From contig DDYT01000065.1 in NCBI GenBank assembly GCA_002348095.1, forward strand, positions 91,526 to 155,525: a stretch of DNA of 64,000 nt. Reading direction: 5' to 3'. Source of the stretch: Erysipelotrichaceae bacterium UBA2227. Lineage in GTDB: Bacteria; Bacillota_I; Bacilli_A; Erysipelotrichales; Erysipelotrichaceae. Positions 1 to 9,483 of this stretch are shown here, piece after piece (positions within the stretch are counted from its first letter, which is position 1; every line of letters starts with the position of its first letter). Below the pieces are notes generated by a model, which made no database searches, was not told the DNA's origin, and saw only the letters and a program-made list of their open reading frames with translations. Position numbers and translations under genes: made by a program.

Positions 1-1172
1 AGATCGATCAACTCATCATCCAAGGATTCGCACACATTCGGATTTTCAACGATACCGCCAAAGTACTTCTGACTCATTGCCCATGTCCGATTGACTAAAT
101 TCCCCATAATATTGGCCAAATCGTTATTGACACGTTCGATCATCAGTTCCATCGTGACGGTGCCGTCATGCCCAAACGGCATTTCATGCAACATGATATA
201 ACGAACAGCGTCGACACCCAAAAGTTTTATCAGATCATCTGCATAAATCACATTCCCTTTGGATTTGCTCATTTTGCCTTCGCCGACCAACAACCACGGA
301 TGACCGAATACCTGTTTCGGCAGTTCGATATCTAAAGCCATCAACATGATCGGCCAATACAGCGTGTGAAACCGCAAAATATCTTTGCCGATCAAATGGA
401 CATCTGCCGGCCAGTACTTTTTAAACAGTTCCCCATGATTGCCGTCAACATCATAACCAAGACCGGTAATATAATTGCTCAGCGCATCGATCCATACATA
501 AACGACATGTTTCGGATCGAAATCAACCGGGACACCCCAAGTAAATGAGGTGCGTGAAACCGCCAGATCATTGAGTCCCGGCTTCAAGAAGTTATTGATC
601 ATCTCATTTTTACGGGACTCCGGCTGAATAAAGTGTGGGTTTTCTTCGATATGTTTCATCAGTCTATCCTGATACTTAGACAAACGGAAAAAATAAGACT
701 CTTCCTTCTCGCGGTGAACGTCACGACCGCAGTCCGGACACTTGCCGTTTTCTAACTGACCATCCGTATAGAAGGATTCACAAGGCGTACAATACCAGCC
801 TTCATAAACACTTTTGTAAATATCGCCTTGATCGAAGAGTTTCTTGAAAATCTTCTGAACCCGAAGCTGATGGTCTTTATCTGTCGTACGGATAAATTTA
901 TCATAGGACGTATTAACGGCATCATAGGAGCTTTTGATGATGGATGCAATTTCATCCACGAATTGCTGTGGAGATAGTCCTCTCTCTTGAGCTTTCAGTT
1001 CATTTTTCTGACCGTGTTCATCTGTACCGGTTTGAAAAAAGACATCAAACCCTTGGGCACGCTTAAAACGTGCAATACTGTCTGCCAATACGATTTCGTA
1101 AACATTCCCAATATGCGGTTTGCCGGATGTATAAGCTATCGCAGTGGTAATATAATAAGGTTTCTTTCCCAT
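1..1172 (-). CDS. metG: Methionyl-tRNA synthetase; the N-terminal part is present and the 3' end runs off the window
   Basis: The minus-strand ATG is at 1170-1172, preceded by AAGGAGGG. My translation begins MGKKPYYITTAIAYTSGKPHIGN (HIGH-type motif) and contains KMSKS and a CPDCG zinc knuckle. It is missing from the ORF track because no stop falls inside the window. Confidence 0.9.
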   Translation of the reverse strand, partial: MGKKPYYITTAIAYTSGKPHIGNVYEIVLADSIARFKRAQGFDVFFQTGTDEHGQKNELKAQERGLSPQQFVDEIASIIKSSYDAVNTSYDKFIRTTDKDHQLRVQKIFKKLFDQGDIYKSVYEGWYCTPCESFYTDGQLENGKCPDCGRDVHREKEESYFFRLSKYQDRLMKHIEENPHFIQPESRKNEMINNFLKPGLNDLAVSRTSFTWGVPVDFDPKHVVYVWIDALSNYITGLGYDVDGNHGELFKKYWPADVHLIGKDILRFHTLYWPIMLMALDIELPKQVFGHPWLLVGEGKMSKSKGNVIYADDLIKLLGVDAVRYIMLHEMPFGHDGTVTMELMIERVNNDLANIMGNLVNRTWAMSQKYFGGIVENPNVCESLDDELID

Positions 1173-1190
1173 GATTACCCTCCTTAAAAT

Positions 1191-1398
1191 AAAAAAACGC
1201 CAAACCAAGGACGCCTATGCGCGGTACCACCTTAGTTCACTTGCGTGCACTTTGACCCTTAACGCGGGAAACGTTTTGCCCTACATATCAGGCAAACAGC
1301 TCTAAGACCATATTCATCAATATACCTTATGCATTTTCACCGGCCATGCACTCTCTAAAAAGGCTGCTTGATTACTCTTCTTTTCATAGCTTTTGAAT
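1191..1398 (-). promoter_or_regulatory. T-box leader (tRNA-sensing riboswitch) upstream of metG
   Basis: The minus strand carries the T-box sequence AACTAAGGTGGTACCGCG (plus strand 1220-1237). Upstream are AGAGAG and GGCCGGTGAAAA stem-I motifs. GAAU-AUG-G is a candidate specifier (AUG at 1309-1311). The leader ends in a U7 tract (plus strand 1191-1197) just before the metG RBS. Confidence 0.85.
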
Positions 1399-1404
1399 GC
1401 CATA

Positions 1405-1432
1405 ATTATATCATTCTAAACATAAATGTAAA
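1405..1432 (-). promoter_or_regulatory. Sigma-A-type promoter for the metG leader
   Basis: On the minus strand: TTTACA (plus strand 1427-1432), a 16-nt spacer, then TGaTATAAT (-10 at plus strand 1405-1410). Confidence 0.55.
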
Positions 1433-1451
1433 GAAAAAGCGCCGAAGCGCT
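1433..1451 (-). terminator. Rho-independent terminator after rsmI
   Basis: The minus strand reads AGCGC-TTCG-GCGCT followed by TTTTT, immediately after the rsmI stop. Confidence 0.6.
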
Positions 1452-2318
1452 CTAGTGGTTCACGTTGTTCTCACTGTGAAACATTGAATATATTTCGTTT
1501 TTTGATATCCCGGTCATTTTGGAGATTTGCTTGATCGCATCTTTCGTTGATAAACCGGATTGTATCAGTTCTTCAATGTGGGTACGAATATCCAACATAC
1601 TGATATCCGGTTCTTTCTCCGCTTTGTTCCCCTCGATAATCAAAACCATCTCACCTTTTAATTCCTTAGCTTCTTCAACCAGTTCAAATAAGGTGCCGCG
1701 TAGGAATTCCTCATGTTTTTTAGTTAACTCACGTGCCAAGGTTGCTTTACGGTCGCCCATGATCTCCAAACACAACTTTAATGTCTTTTCGATTCTGTGT
1801 GGCGCTTCATACAATACGATGGTCGCTTCGTAATGACGGATCCGTGTCAGCACTCCACGTGCTTCCTTGTCACTGGCCGGTAAAAAACCCTGAAACAGAA
1901 ACGGTTGTGTAATTAAACCTGAGGCAACCAGTCCGGCGAGTAATGCACTGCTTCCGCTGATCGGAACGACATTATAACCATGAGAAGTAATCGCTTCAAC
2001 CAACAAGTATCCAGGATCAGATATCAGCGGATACCCTGCATCACTTACCAAAGCAACATTGTTGCCTTGCATCAGTAGCATCAGAATCCCTTTGGCACTT
2101 TCCCGCTCATTGTGATCATGATGAGCGATGACCTTATTCTCAATATTGAAATGCTTCAGCAGTTTCTGCGTATGCCGAGTATCTTCACATGCAATAACAT
2201 CCACATTCTTGAGAATGTCGATTGCTCTTGGAGTCATTTCTTCCAAATTGCCGATCGGTGTCGCAACGATGTAGCACGTCGGCATTTCATTTTCAAAACT
2301 TTTCTGACGTTTCAACAC
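1452..2318 (-). CDS. rsmI: 16S rRNA (cytidine1402-2'-O)-methyltransferase
   Basis: Carries the TP_methylase signature YIVATPIGNLEEMTPRAIDILKNVDVIACEDTRHT. The ORF opens at GTG 2324, but the AAGGGAG SD overlaps that codon. GTG at 2318 (5-nt spacing) is therefore the more likely start. Confidence 0.85.
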   Translation of the reverse strand: MLKRQKSFENEMPTCYIVATPIGNLEEMTPRAIDILKNVDVIACEDTRHTQKLLKHFNIENKVIAHHDHNERESAKGILMLLMQGNNVALVSDAGYPLISDPGYLLVEAITSHGYNVVPISGSSALLAGLVASGLITQPFLFQGFLPASDKEARGVLTRIRHYEATIVLYEAPHRIEKTLKLCLEIMGDRKATLARELTKKHEEFLRGTLFELVEEAKELKGEMVLIIEGNKAEKEPDISMLDIRTHIEELIQSGLSTKDAIKQISKMTGISKNEIYSMFHSENNVNH

Positions 2319-2329
2319 GACCACTCCCT

Positions 2330-3205
2330 TTATTGTTTGTTAGAAAAACTGGTATCATTTCGCAGTTCATTCAATGTCAAAATAATTGCCTCTTCCCGGT
2401 TTTCCAGTTTTGCTGTTCCGGTAAGCATGTTCATCGATGAAACGCGATATTTCTTCCCTTTATACTCAAGTAACTCATTCATTTTTGGCAAGTTTGCCCG
2501 CAGCTCTTTATACAAGTCGTCTTCATATTTCAAACAACACAACAGTTTCCCGCATTGACCGGACAGCTTCTGTATATTCAGTGCAAGCAACTGATTCTTT
2601 GCCATGTTGATCGAAATGACATCAAAGTCCGGCAAAAATCTGGAACAACAGGTTTCCATCCCACATGTACCGATACCCCCGATGAATTTAGCTTTATCTC
2701 TGGGCCCGATTTGTCTGAGTTCGATTCGACATTTAAAAATTGAAGCTAACTCTTTCAAAAGTTCCCGGAAATCAACTCTCTCATCCGCAACATAAGAGAA
2801 AATTACTTTCGATCGATCCAAAGTATATTCAGCACTGATCAGATGCATGTCCAATCCCAATTTGCGAATACTCTCATCACAGGTTTTCATTGCTTCAACC
2901 GCCATATCCCGATTCTTAGCGAAGTTATCCAAGTCCTGCTTGGTTGCTTTCCGAAGCACCGGTTTTAACGGTGTTGACATTGAAATCTTTTCAATAGGTT
3001 TTAAGTCAGCGATGACTTCTCCCAGTTCAAGCCCGCGGACCGTATCAACAATCACCTGATCTCCTTGGACATATTTCGTGTCATTGGTCCCAAATGTGTA
3101 AGCCTTTTTGGCTCCTTTAAAACGAATTGAGCATGCGTGTGTGTAGGTTTGCACCACACTTTGCTCAACAGATTCTTCACCGAAATTCTTAACGTGATCT
3201 TCCAC
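2330..3205 (-). CDS. ricT: PSP1-domain protein (YaaT/RicT family)
   Basis: Cys-rich GTCGMETCCSRF...QCGKLLCCLKYE PSP1 C-terminal signature. The holB-yaaT-rsmI order matches B. subtilis. GTG start with AGGAGGG 8 nt upstream. Confidence 0.8.
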   Translation of the reverse strand: MEDHVKNFGEESVEQSVVQTYTHACSIRFKGAKKAYTFGTNDTKYVQGDQVIVDTVRGLELGEVIADLKPIEKISMSTPLKPVLRKATKQDLDNFAKNRDMAVEAMKTCDESIRKLGLDMHLISAEYTLDRSKVIFSYVADERVDFRELLKELASIFKCRIELRQIGPRDKAKFIGGIGTCGMETCCSRFLPDFDVISINMAKNQLLALNIQKLSGQCGKLLCCLKYEDDLYKELRANLPKMNELLEYKGKKYRVSSMNMLTGTAKLENREEAIILTLNELRNDTSFSNKQ

Positions 3206-3230
3206 GGTAAATTCCCTCCTTTTTTGCTTT

Positions 3231-4259
3231 TTAGCGTTTGGCTAACTCAATGATCATCTGATCCAGCAACAGGCTCAGATTGACATTACGCAATATTTTA
3301 TCCTTGCCCTCACCGAAGACGCGCATAGCGGCTGGGGCAATCGATTGATAGCGTGCCGATGCAATGTGCTGGTTCCACCATTTATCCCCAAAGGTCTTTC
3401 CTTGGGATGCGTCTTTAAAAAACACTTGCGCAATATCTAAAAATAAGGAAAAAAGTTCTTTTGGATCTTTTTCCGGAGTCTTCTTTTTGCTCTTTGGTTC
3501 ATCGGACTCCTTGTCCTTCTCCTTTGATGCCTTGGTCATCGTTCCTTCTTTTTGTAAATAAACCAATCCGTGGTATAGGTTTGGTCTTGATTCATCAATG
3601 AACCCCATGAATAAATCAAACGCGGTTTGATATGCTTCGCTTTGAGTCAACGAAACGACGATGTCCACATCTTTGATAAACTGTGAAGTGATGTACGCAT
3701 GCAACGGAGTAACTCCGTTAGCAATTGCCTCACTTTCACAAAGTTTAGCACTTAATGAAGCAAATGTTAATACCTGACATCGTGAAATAATCGTCGGAAG
3801 CAGACGATCTGCATTTTCACTGATCAAAATTGCCGTCGTGTCTTCTCCTGAAGGTTCTTCCAAATACTTTAGCAAACTGTTAAGAGCTTCAGGAGTCGCC
3901 CGGTCCGCATGCTCAATGATATATATCTTTTTGTTATACATTTCCAGACCTGTCTGAATGAACTTGTGCTGTAAATCCAGAATCTCTTCCTTTTTGATCG
4001 TCCGGTCTTTCCCATTGATGACAATCAAATCGACATAAGTCCCCTCTTTGATTCTTCGGCAAACATCACATTCTTCACACGCAAAATCCTTGCGATTTGG
4101 GCAAACCAGCGTTTGAGCAAGCAAAAGAGCAGTCTCCCTCATCTTAGCGCCGCGCTGCCCGCTGAAAAGATATGCATGAGCCAATTGTTCAGTCTTAAGC
4201 GCATTTAGCAAGATCTGATATACGATGGGTTGCTGTTCTTTCAATGTCTGCTTAAACAT
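3231..4259 (-). CDS. holB: DNA polymerase III delta' subunit
   Basis: AHAYLFSGQRG P-loop-like motif, a CxxCxxC zinc module (CEECDVCRRI) and SRC (IISRCQ). Overlaps the tmk stop by 8 nt. Confidence 0.85.
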   Translation of the reverse strand: MFKQTLKEQQPIVYQILLNALKTEQLAHAYLFSGQRGAKMRETALLLAQTLVCPNRKDFACEECDVCRRIKEGTYVDLIVINGKDRTIKKEEILDLQHKFIQTGLEMYNKKIYIIEHADRATPEALNSLLKYLEEPSGEDTTAILISENADRLLPTIISRCQVLTFASLSAKLCESEAIANGVTPLHAYITSQFIKDVDIVVSLTQSEAYQTAFDLFMGFIDESRPNLYHGLVYLQKEGTMTKASKEKDKESDEPKSKKKTPEKDPKELFSLFLDIAQVFFKDASQGKTFGDKWWNQHIASARYQSIAPAAMRVFGEGKDKILRNVNLSLLLDQMIIELAKR

Positions 4260-4884
4260 TTTCTTTGATCCTCTTTAAGATTACAGCCAAAGCATCCTCG
4301 ACGATGTCTGCAACGGGCCGATTAGCATCAACCACTGTCATGCGGTGCTTATACTTTTTCAATACTTCCGAATACCCTTGTGCAACACGTAAATGAAATT
4401 CCTGTGTTTCTCTGTCCAAACGGTCTCGGTAATGACGATTTGAGATACGGGATAATCCTTCCAAAGGATCGATATCAAGAAAGATCGTACAGTCCGGGTA
4501 ATGTCCTTCAATGGCAAATTCGTTGATGGCTAAAACCGCATCCAGTCCGATTTGGCGGCCAATGCCTTGATATGCCAGTGAACTGTCGATAAAACGGTCA
4601 CATATAACGATTTTCCCTTCATTGAGCGCAGGTAAAACCTTCTCAACCAAGTGTTGTCGTCTTGAAGCAGCATACAGCAACGCTTCAGTTTTGACATCCA
4701 TTGCGGTATTTTTGGGATCAAGAATGATTCGCCGGATCTGCTCGGCAATATCGATTCCACCGGGTTCTCTTGTATAAATAACATCGTAGCCTTCTGTCAG
4801 CAGTTTTTGAAAGACATTCGTACTGATCGTTGTCTTTCCGCTGCCATCGGGACCTTCGAAGGTAATAAACATGCCTTTTCTCAT
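4252..4884 (-). CDS. tmk: Thymidylate kinase
   Basis: MFITFEGPDGSGKTT P-loop and DRFIDSSLAYQG. The start is placed at ATG 4884 (GGAG 9 nt upstream) rather than the ORF-track start at 4986. Confidence 0.9.
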   Translation of the reverse strand: MRKGMFITFEGPDGSGKTTISTNVFQKLLTEGYDVIYTREPGGIDIAEQIRRIILDPKNTAMDVKTEALLYAASRRQHLVEKVLPALNEGKIVICDRFIDSSLAYQGIGRQIGLDAVLAINEFAIEGHYPDCTIFLDIDPLEGLSRISNRHYRDRLDRETQEFHLRVAQGYSEVLKKYKHRMTVVDANRPVADIVEDALAVILKRIKENV

Positions 4885-4957
4885 AAAAATAACGACTCCT
4901 TCTGATGTAGTACTATTATACCATTGAAAACCTAAACAAAAAAGGAGCGTTGGCTCC

Positions 4958-6223
4958 TTATTGAAACGGCGGTCGCCGTTGGTCATATACTTTGTCTACA
5001 TCGAAGAAATGTTCACTGATATAAGCTTTGTCACGGTTCATCACAAAGCCATCCAGATTGATACGAGGCATTAACACGCTTTTTCCGATAATTCTTGGTT
5101 GTGATCTGCGGTCGACATTAAGATAGAACGTGTACCCTTCATCGATGAAATACTGGTAGAGTTCTCCTTTTAACGTTATGCCAAAAGGCGCAATAAAGAC
5201 GTTAGAATCCCCAATGATCGGAACGATCCATTTTTTGAACAGTTCCGTATCTTCCTTAATTCCCTCCAATGTTGAATTTTCGCTAAAATACTTCCCGCCT
5301 GCATGGGTATAACTGTGTGAGACGAACTCCCATCCCAACTCCTTCATCCGATTGGCAATTCGTTTAGCTTCTAAAGCTTCCTCGGGGATTTTCGGGTCAT
5401 ATCCCATGACTCCCCAGCTGCCGGTTATGCCCAACATACCTTTTGCTCCGCGATAAGAGAATTCCGGATGAACTTTTACAAAGTCATCAACGATCGGAAA
5501 TACTTCTGCGGTACGAGAAATGACTTCTTTCCCCTCAAGATTTCGAATGACTGCCGAAATTTCGTTGTTGTTATCAATGATCAGTCGGGATGCAAATCCG
5601 TCCTTCTTGCGTGATTCAGGATAACCGACATTGTCTACGGAAATTAAAAGCGGTCGCTTACCTTTCGGTAGGTACAATGTCTTTGCCGAAACATTCCCTT
5701 GCGCATCCACTTCATACAAATCACTGATCCGAACTAATACATATCCGCGCTCCATCAATAAAGGTAGCATACGCTCGAATTCCAATTGTGTCGTCATCCA
5801 GTAATTGTATCCTTGCGGTTCAGAACTTTTCGGGCCGAAAGCTAACTCCGGATATACGATCAGACTGTGAAAGAAGACCTGTTCTATCCGACCGGTGTAC
5901 GGTTGTAACGCCGCCACAAAGTCTTCGATTTTCTTCACTTCATTTTTCAGCTTGTCATTATACACTTCCGGGTTGCTTTTTAATAGTTCTATTGCTTCCT
6001 GGTAGTAATATCCTTTGACCAACAAAGCTGACTTTTCAATCAGTTCCACCCGCTTAGCTTCTCGGGCCTTTTCTTTTTCTATTTCCTGTTGGTTGTTATT
6101 ATTGTTCTTTCGATCGATTTCGTATTTTACCCACAGAAAACCTCCCACGGAAGTAGAAATGATCAAAAAGATTAGTATGATTACCCATGAAACTTGCCGG
6201 CGGATTTGATTTTTTTTGCTCAT
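4958..6223 (-). CDS. Membrane-anchored polysaccharide-deacetylase-like (NodB-homology) protein
   Basis: N-terminal TM helix, KE-rich coiled segment, then SVDNVGYP and HSYTH motifs resembling the NodB Asp and His-x-x-x-His motifs. The start is placed at ATG 6223 (AGGTGA 4 nt upstream). The family assignment is tentative. Confidence 0.5.
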   Translation of the reverse strand: MSKKNQIRRQVSWVIILIFLIISTSVGGFLWVKYEIDRKNNNNNQQEIEKEKAREAKRVELIEKSALLVKGYYYQEAIELLKSNPEVYNDKLKNEVKKIEDFVAALQPYTGRIEQVFFHSLIVYPELAFGPKSSEPQGYNYWMTTQLEFERMLPLLMERGYVLVRISDLYEVDAQGNVSAKTLYLPKGKRPLLISVDNVGYPESRKKDGFASRLIIDNNNEISAVIRNLEGKEVISRTAEVFPIVDDFVKVHPEFSYRGAKGMLGITGSWGVMGYDPKIPEEALEAKRIANRMKELGWEFVSHSYTHAGGKYFSENSTLEGIKEDTELFKKWIVPIIGDSNVFIAPFGITLKGELYQYFIDEGYTFYLNVDRRSQPRIIGKSVLMPRINLDGFVMNRDKAYISEHFFDVDKVYDQRRPPFQ

Positions 6224-6318
6224 AAGATCACCTGAGACCATCATATTCTCTTTTCCTCTTTTCGTAAAGGATGTTTATCTTTTCAAACTCGAGTATAATG
6301 TATTCAGAGGTGGCATAT

Positions 6319-6861
6319 ATGACATTTATTGAAGAAACCGTTTCGTCACAAGAAAAATTTCGGGGGAAAATCGTGCGATTGCGTCACGATCAGATTATCG
6401 TCAATCACCAGCCGGGATTTCGTGAAGTCGTCGAGCATCCGGGCGGGGTTTGCATATTAGCAATAACCAAGGATCATCATATATTGACAGTCAATCAGTA
6501 TCGCTATGCTCAAAAGGAAGTGCTTTGTGAACTTCCGGCAGGCAAAAAAGAGCCTAATGAAGACCCGTTGCTGACTGCACAACGTGAGTTATGTGAGGAA
6601 ACCGGCTATATAGCAGCCCATTGGTTGGATTATGGTGTCGTATATCCGTCTCCGGCTTACCTTGATGAAGTGATCCACCTGTTTGTTGCAAGTGATTTAA
6701 GTTTCGTCGGACAACATCTCGATGATGGAGAGTATCTTTCCGTCCATATGACACCTATAAAAAGCCTGTTACAAGACATCGTCAGCGGTCAGATAAAAGA
6801 CAGTAAAACAGCGGTTTTTGTCATGCGCTACGCTTTACAGAATGGTATTTCAATTGGATAA
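6319..6861 (+). CDS. nudF: NUDIX hydrolase, ADP-ribose pyrophosphatase type
   Basis: Nudix box GKKEPNEDPLLTAQRELCEETG. The start is at ATG 6319 after GAGGTGG. Confidence 0.8.
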   Translation: MTFIEETVSSQEKFRGKIVRLRHDQIIVNHQPGFREVVEHPGGVCILAITKDHHILTVNQYRYAQKEVLCELPAGKKEPNEDPLLTAQRELCEETGYIAAHWLDYGVVYPSPAYLDEVIHLFVASDLSFVGQHLDDGEYLSVHMTPIKSLLQDIVSGQIKDSKTAVFVMRYALQNGISIG

Positions 6862-6881
6862 TAAATGAAAAGGGAGGATTT

Positions 6882-7109
6882 ATGAACAGAGTTAAAGCAT
6901 TAAAAATCGTTAATTTCTTGTTGTTTCTCGTTTTTGTGGGAATAGCCTTCTCCGGTCTGACCGCCATGCTCTTTCCGGGGCTGATCCCATATTCCACATT
7001 TAGAGTCGCACATCCTTTTACCGGAGCTGCCTTTGTGGCCTTGGTCATTGCTCACCTGATACTGAACTTTAACTGGATCAAGGCAAATTATCTTAAGAAG
7101 AAGAAATAG
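6882..7109 (+). CDS. Small two-TM membrane protein (DUF4405-like)
   Basis: 75 aa with two hydrophobic helices, conserved His residues (AHPFTG, IAHLILNFNW) and a strong GGGAGG RBS. Confidence 0.5.
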   Translation: MNRVKALKIVNFLLFLVFVGIAFSGLTAMLFPGLIPYSTFRVAHPFTGAAFVALVIAHLILNFNWIKANYLKKKK

Positions 7110-7113
7110 CATG

Positions 7114-7146
7114 AAAAAACCAGGAATTGAATTTCCTGGTTTTGCT
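7114..7146. terminator. Bidirectional rho-independent terminator
   Basis: AAAAAACCAGGAA-TTGAA-TTTCCTGGTTTT lies between convergent genes (the DUF4405-like gene and gpmI). Confidence 0.75.
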
Positions 7147-8718
7147 TTATTCAGTAAGTAAACTTTCTTCCCAAACATCCAGGGGTTTGTATCCCATGAG
7201 CTCTACCAACGTTGCCGCAACGTTAGCAAGGCCGAAGTTTCCTTCTTTGAAACGTACTTCCTGATTCAAAACGATAAATGGTACCGGGTTGAGTGTATGG
7301 GCTGTTTTTGGTTTTGGTGCAGTATTGGGATCTTTGCTCTTTTCGAACATTTCATCCGCATTGCCGTGATCCGCTGTCAATACCAATATACCGTTAACCT
7401 TATCGACGGCTTCTTTGATCCTGCCAATCGCAAGATCTACCGATTCAACTCCAATCTGTGTAGCCAAGAAATTCCCGGTATGACCAACCATATCCCCATT
7501 TGGGAAATTGATTCGGTAGAAGTCGTGCTCTCCTTTTAAGATGGCTTCTATCAGCAGATCGGTTATTTGCGCTGACTTCATCCACGGCCGTTGTTCATAT
7601 GGGATGATATCCGATGTTACTTCAACAAATGTTTCCAACGCATCATTGAATTTTTCTGTACGGTTTCCATTCCAGAAGTATGTCACATGTCCGAATTTCT
7701 GTGTTTCGGAAATCGCAAACTGTTTAACTCCCTTTTCAACCAAAAACTCTGACATCGTATTTTTAATTCTCGGTGGCGCAACTAAGAATTTTTTGGGAAT
7801 TTGTAAATCTCCGTCATATTGCAACATGCCGGCAAACATGACGCGGGGACGAACACCTCTGTCAAACTTTGTGAAATTTTCTTCCTCAAATGCGCGAGAC
7901 AGTTCTAATGCACGGTCTCCCCTAAAGTTAAACAATATAACGGCATCACCGTCATTGATCTTTCCGACCGGTTCCCCGTTTTCAACGATGACGAAGGCTT
8001 CGAGAAACTGATCGGTAACATCCGTTTCCTCGCGTTGCGTTTCAATGGCCTCTTTAGCCGAAGAAAATTGGCGTCCGATGCCCTGGATATGTGTTCTCCA
8101 ACCGATTTCAACCATGCCCCATTCCGCTTCGTAGCGATCCATGGTCACCTTCATACGCCCACCACCGCTGGCAATCCGAGCATCAAACTTCTCATCATTT
8201 AAAGATGACATAAAAGCTTCAATATCATCCACATAAATCAATCCGGACTTTTGAGGTACATCTCTGCCGTCCAGCAACGCATGCACACGAACTTTTTTAA
8301 TACCTTCCGATTTTGCCTGAGCAATCAAAGACTTTAGATGAGCAATGTTTGAATGTACATTTCCATCAGAAAGTAATCCGATAAAATGCATGGTTCCATC
8401 TTTTGAGAAACTGACCAGTTCGCTCCATGTTTGCGAGGAAAAGATTTCTCCAGATTCGATGGATTGGTTGACGAGTTTTGCACCTTGTGCATAAATCTGA
8501 CCGCATCCTAAGGCATTGTGCCCAACTTCCGAATTTCCCATATCATCATCGCTGGGCAATCCCACTGCTGTTCCGTGAGCTTTCAGCTGTGTCATCGGCG
8601 CTTCTTTCATAAATTTGTCTAAATGTGGCTTATACGCAGATGCAACCGCATTTCCCACAGTGTTCTTCGACAGACCGATTCCATCCATAACCACAAATAC
8701 TAAAGGTCTTTTTGACAT
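7147..8718 (-). CDS. gpmI: 2,3-bisphosphoglycerate-independent phosphoglycerate mutase
   Basis: 523 aa with VVMDGIG, GNSEVGHNALG and TADHGNAD motifs. GGAGGAAG RBS. Confidence 0.9.
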   Translation of the reverse strand: MSKRPLVFVVMDGIGLSKNTVGNAVASAYKPHLDKFMKEAPMTQLKAHGTAVGLPSDDDMGNSEVGHNALGCGQIYAQGAKLVNQSIESGEIFSSQTWSELVSFSKDGTMHFIGLLSDGNVHSNIAHLKSLIAQAKSEGIKKVRVHALLDGRDVPQKSGLIYVDDIEAFMSSLNDEKFDARIASGGGRMKVTMDRYEAEWGMVEIGWRTHIQGIGRQFSSAKEAIETQREETDVTDQFLEAFVIVENGEPVGKINDGDAVILFNFRGDRALELSRAFEEENFTKFDRGVRPRVMFAGMLQYDGDLQIPKKFLVAPPRIKNTMSEFLVEKGVKQFAISETQKFGHVTYFWNGNRTEKFNDALETFVEVTSDIIPYEQRPWMKSAQITDLLIEAILKGEHDFYRINFPNGDMVGHTGNFLATQIGVESVDLAIGRIKEAVDKVNGILVLTADHGNADEMFEKSKDPNTAPKPKTAHTLNPVPFIVLNQEVRFKEGNFGLANVAATLVELMGYKPLDVWEESLLTE

Positions 8719-8813
8719 CTTACACTTCCTCCGTAATTACGTAACTACTATATCATTGATTGCGAAATTTTGCACTTACAATAAACCAATAAAAAAACAA
8801 CGGTTTCCCGTTG

Positions 8814-9131
8814 TTAATCATCTTTTTGCTTTTCAGGAAGATAGAAGATTTGCTCCCCTTCTTTAGATAGCATATACCCAAAGCGTGCGTAATTCTTCAC
8901 ATACTCCGGATCGTTGAGTTTGTCTTTTTGCTGTTTCAGATAGTCATTTTCGCTTTCAAGGATTCGCATCTGCTCTTGAACATCATTTAAACGCGTCATC
9001 ATATTGACTGTTTCAACAATCTGCAAAGAAACCTGATAGAGCAGTATCAAAGATAAGCCGAAAATGATAAATGCAGCGATATTTAAAACAGACCCTTTGA
9101 TCTTTTTATGGGAGCTCTTCTCTTTTTTCAT
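8814..9131 (-). CDS. divIC: Septum formation initiator (DivIC/FtsB family)
   Basis: 105 aa with a single TM helix followed by a leucine-zipper-like coiled coil. It sits in the mfd-yabO-divIC context as in Bacillus. Confidence 0.7.
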   Translation of the reverse strand: MKKEKSSHKKIKGSVLNIAAFIIFGLSLILLYQVSLQIVETVNMMTRLNDVQEQMRILESENDYLKQQKDKLNDPEYVKNYARFGYMLSKEGEQIFYLPEKQKDD

Positions 9132-9201
9132 GGAAACACCAACCTCTTGAGAATTTAATTATACTGCCATTTTGCAAAAATGCAAGAGTTGTCAAGGAAA
9201 A

Positions 9202-9471
9202 TCAATCTGAAGATGCGCTGATAAAACGTTCATCCAGCACTTCATATAGCATTCCGGCATCTTTCTTGCTTGATTGTGCAGCAACTGCCAAAATTTTAAT
9301 CGTCAGTTTTCGGTGCCCGAAAACAATCTCAACGATGTCATTTTCTTTTATTTCCGATGAGGGTTTTGCGGCTTTCCCGTTAATGACGATTCTTTGGTGG
9401 TCTGCCAATTCTTTCGCAACCGTTCGTCTCTTGAGTACGCGGGCGACTTTTAGAAATTTGTCGATTCTCAT
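9202..9471 (-). CDS. S4-domain RNA-binding protein (YabO/RqcP family)
   Basis: MRIDKFLKVARVLKRRTVAKEL...INGKAAKPS S4 motif, immediately downstream of mfd as in B. subtilis. Confidence 0.8.
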   Translation of the reverse strand: MRIDKFLKVARVLKRRTVAKELADHQRIVINGKAAKPSSEIKENDIVEIVFGHRKLTIKILAVAAQSSKKDAGMLYEVLDERFISASSD

Positions 9472-9483
9472 TTATGATCCTTT

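Noticed and set aside
2112-2558. 148-aa plus-strand ORF spanning the rsmI/yaaT junction
   Set aside because: It is antisense to two confidently assigned genes.
4885-4986. N-terminal extensions suggested by the ORF track for tmk; the same applies to nudF, pth, serS, dnaX, the aldo/keto reductase, nadK, mutS, msrA, rarA, dtd, the HD protein and DUF1934
   Set aside because: In each case an internal ATG or GTG with a proper SD at 5-10 nt coincides with the conserved N-terminus of the family. The upstream extension overlaps the neighbouring gene, promoter or terminator.
7541-8011. 156-aa plus-strand ORF
   Set aside because: It is antisense within gpmI.
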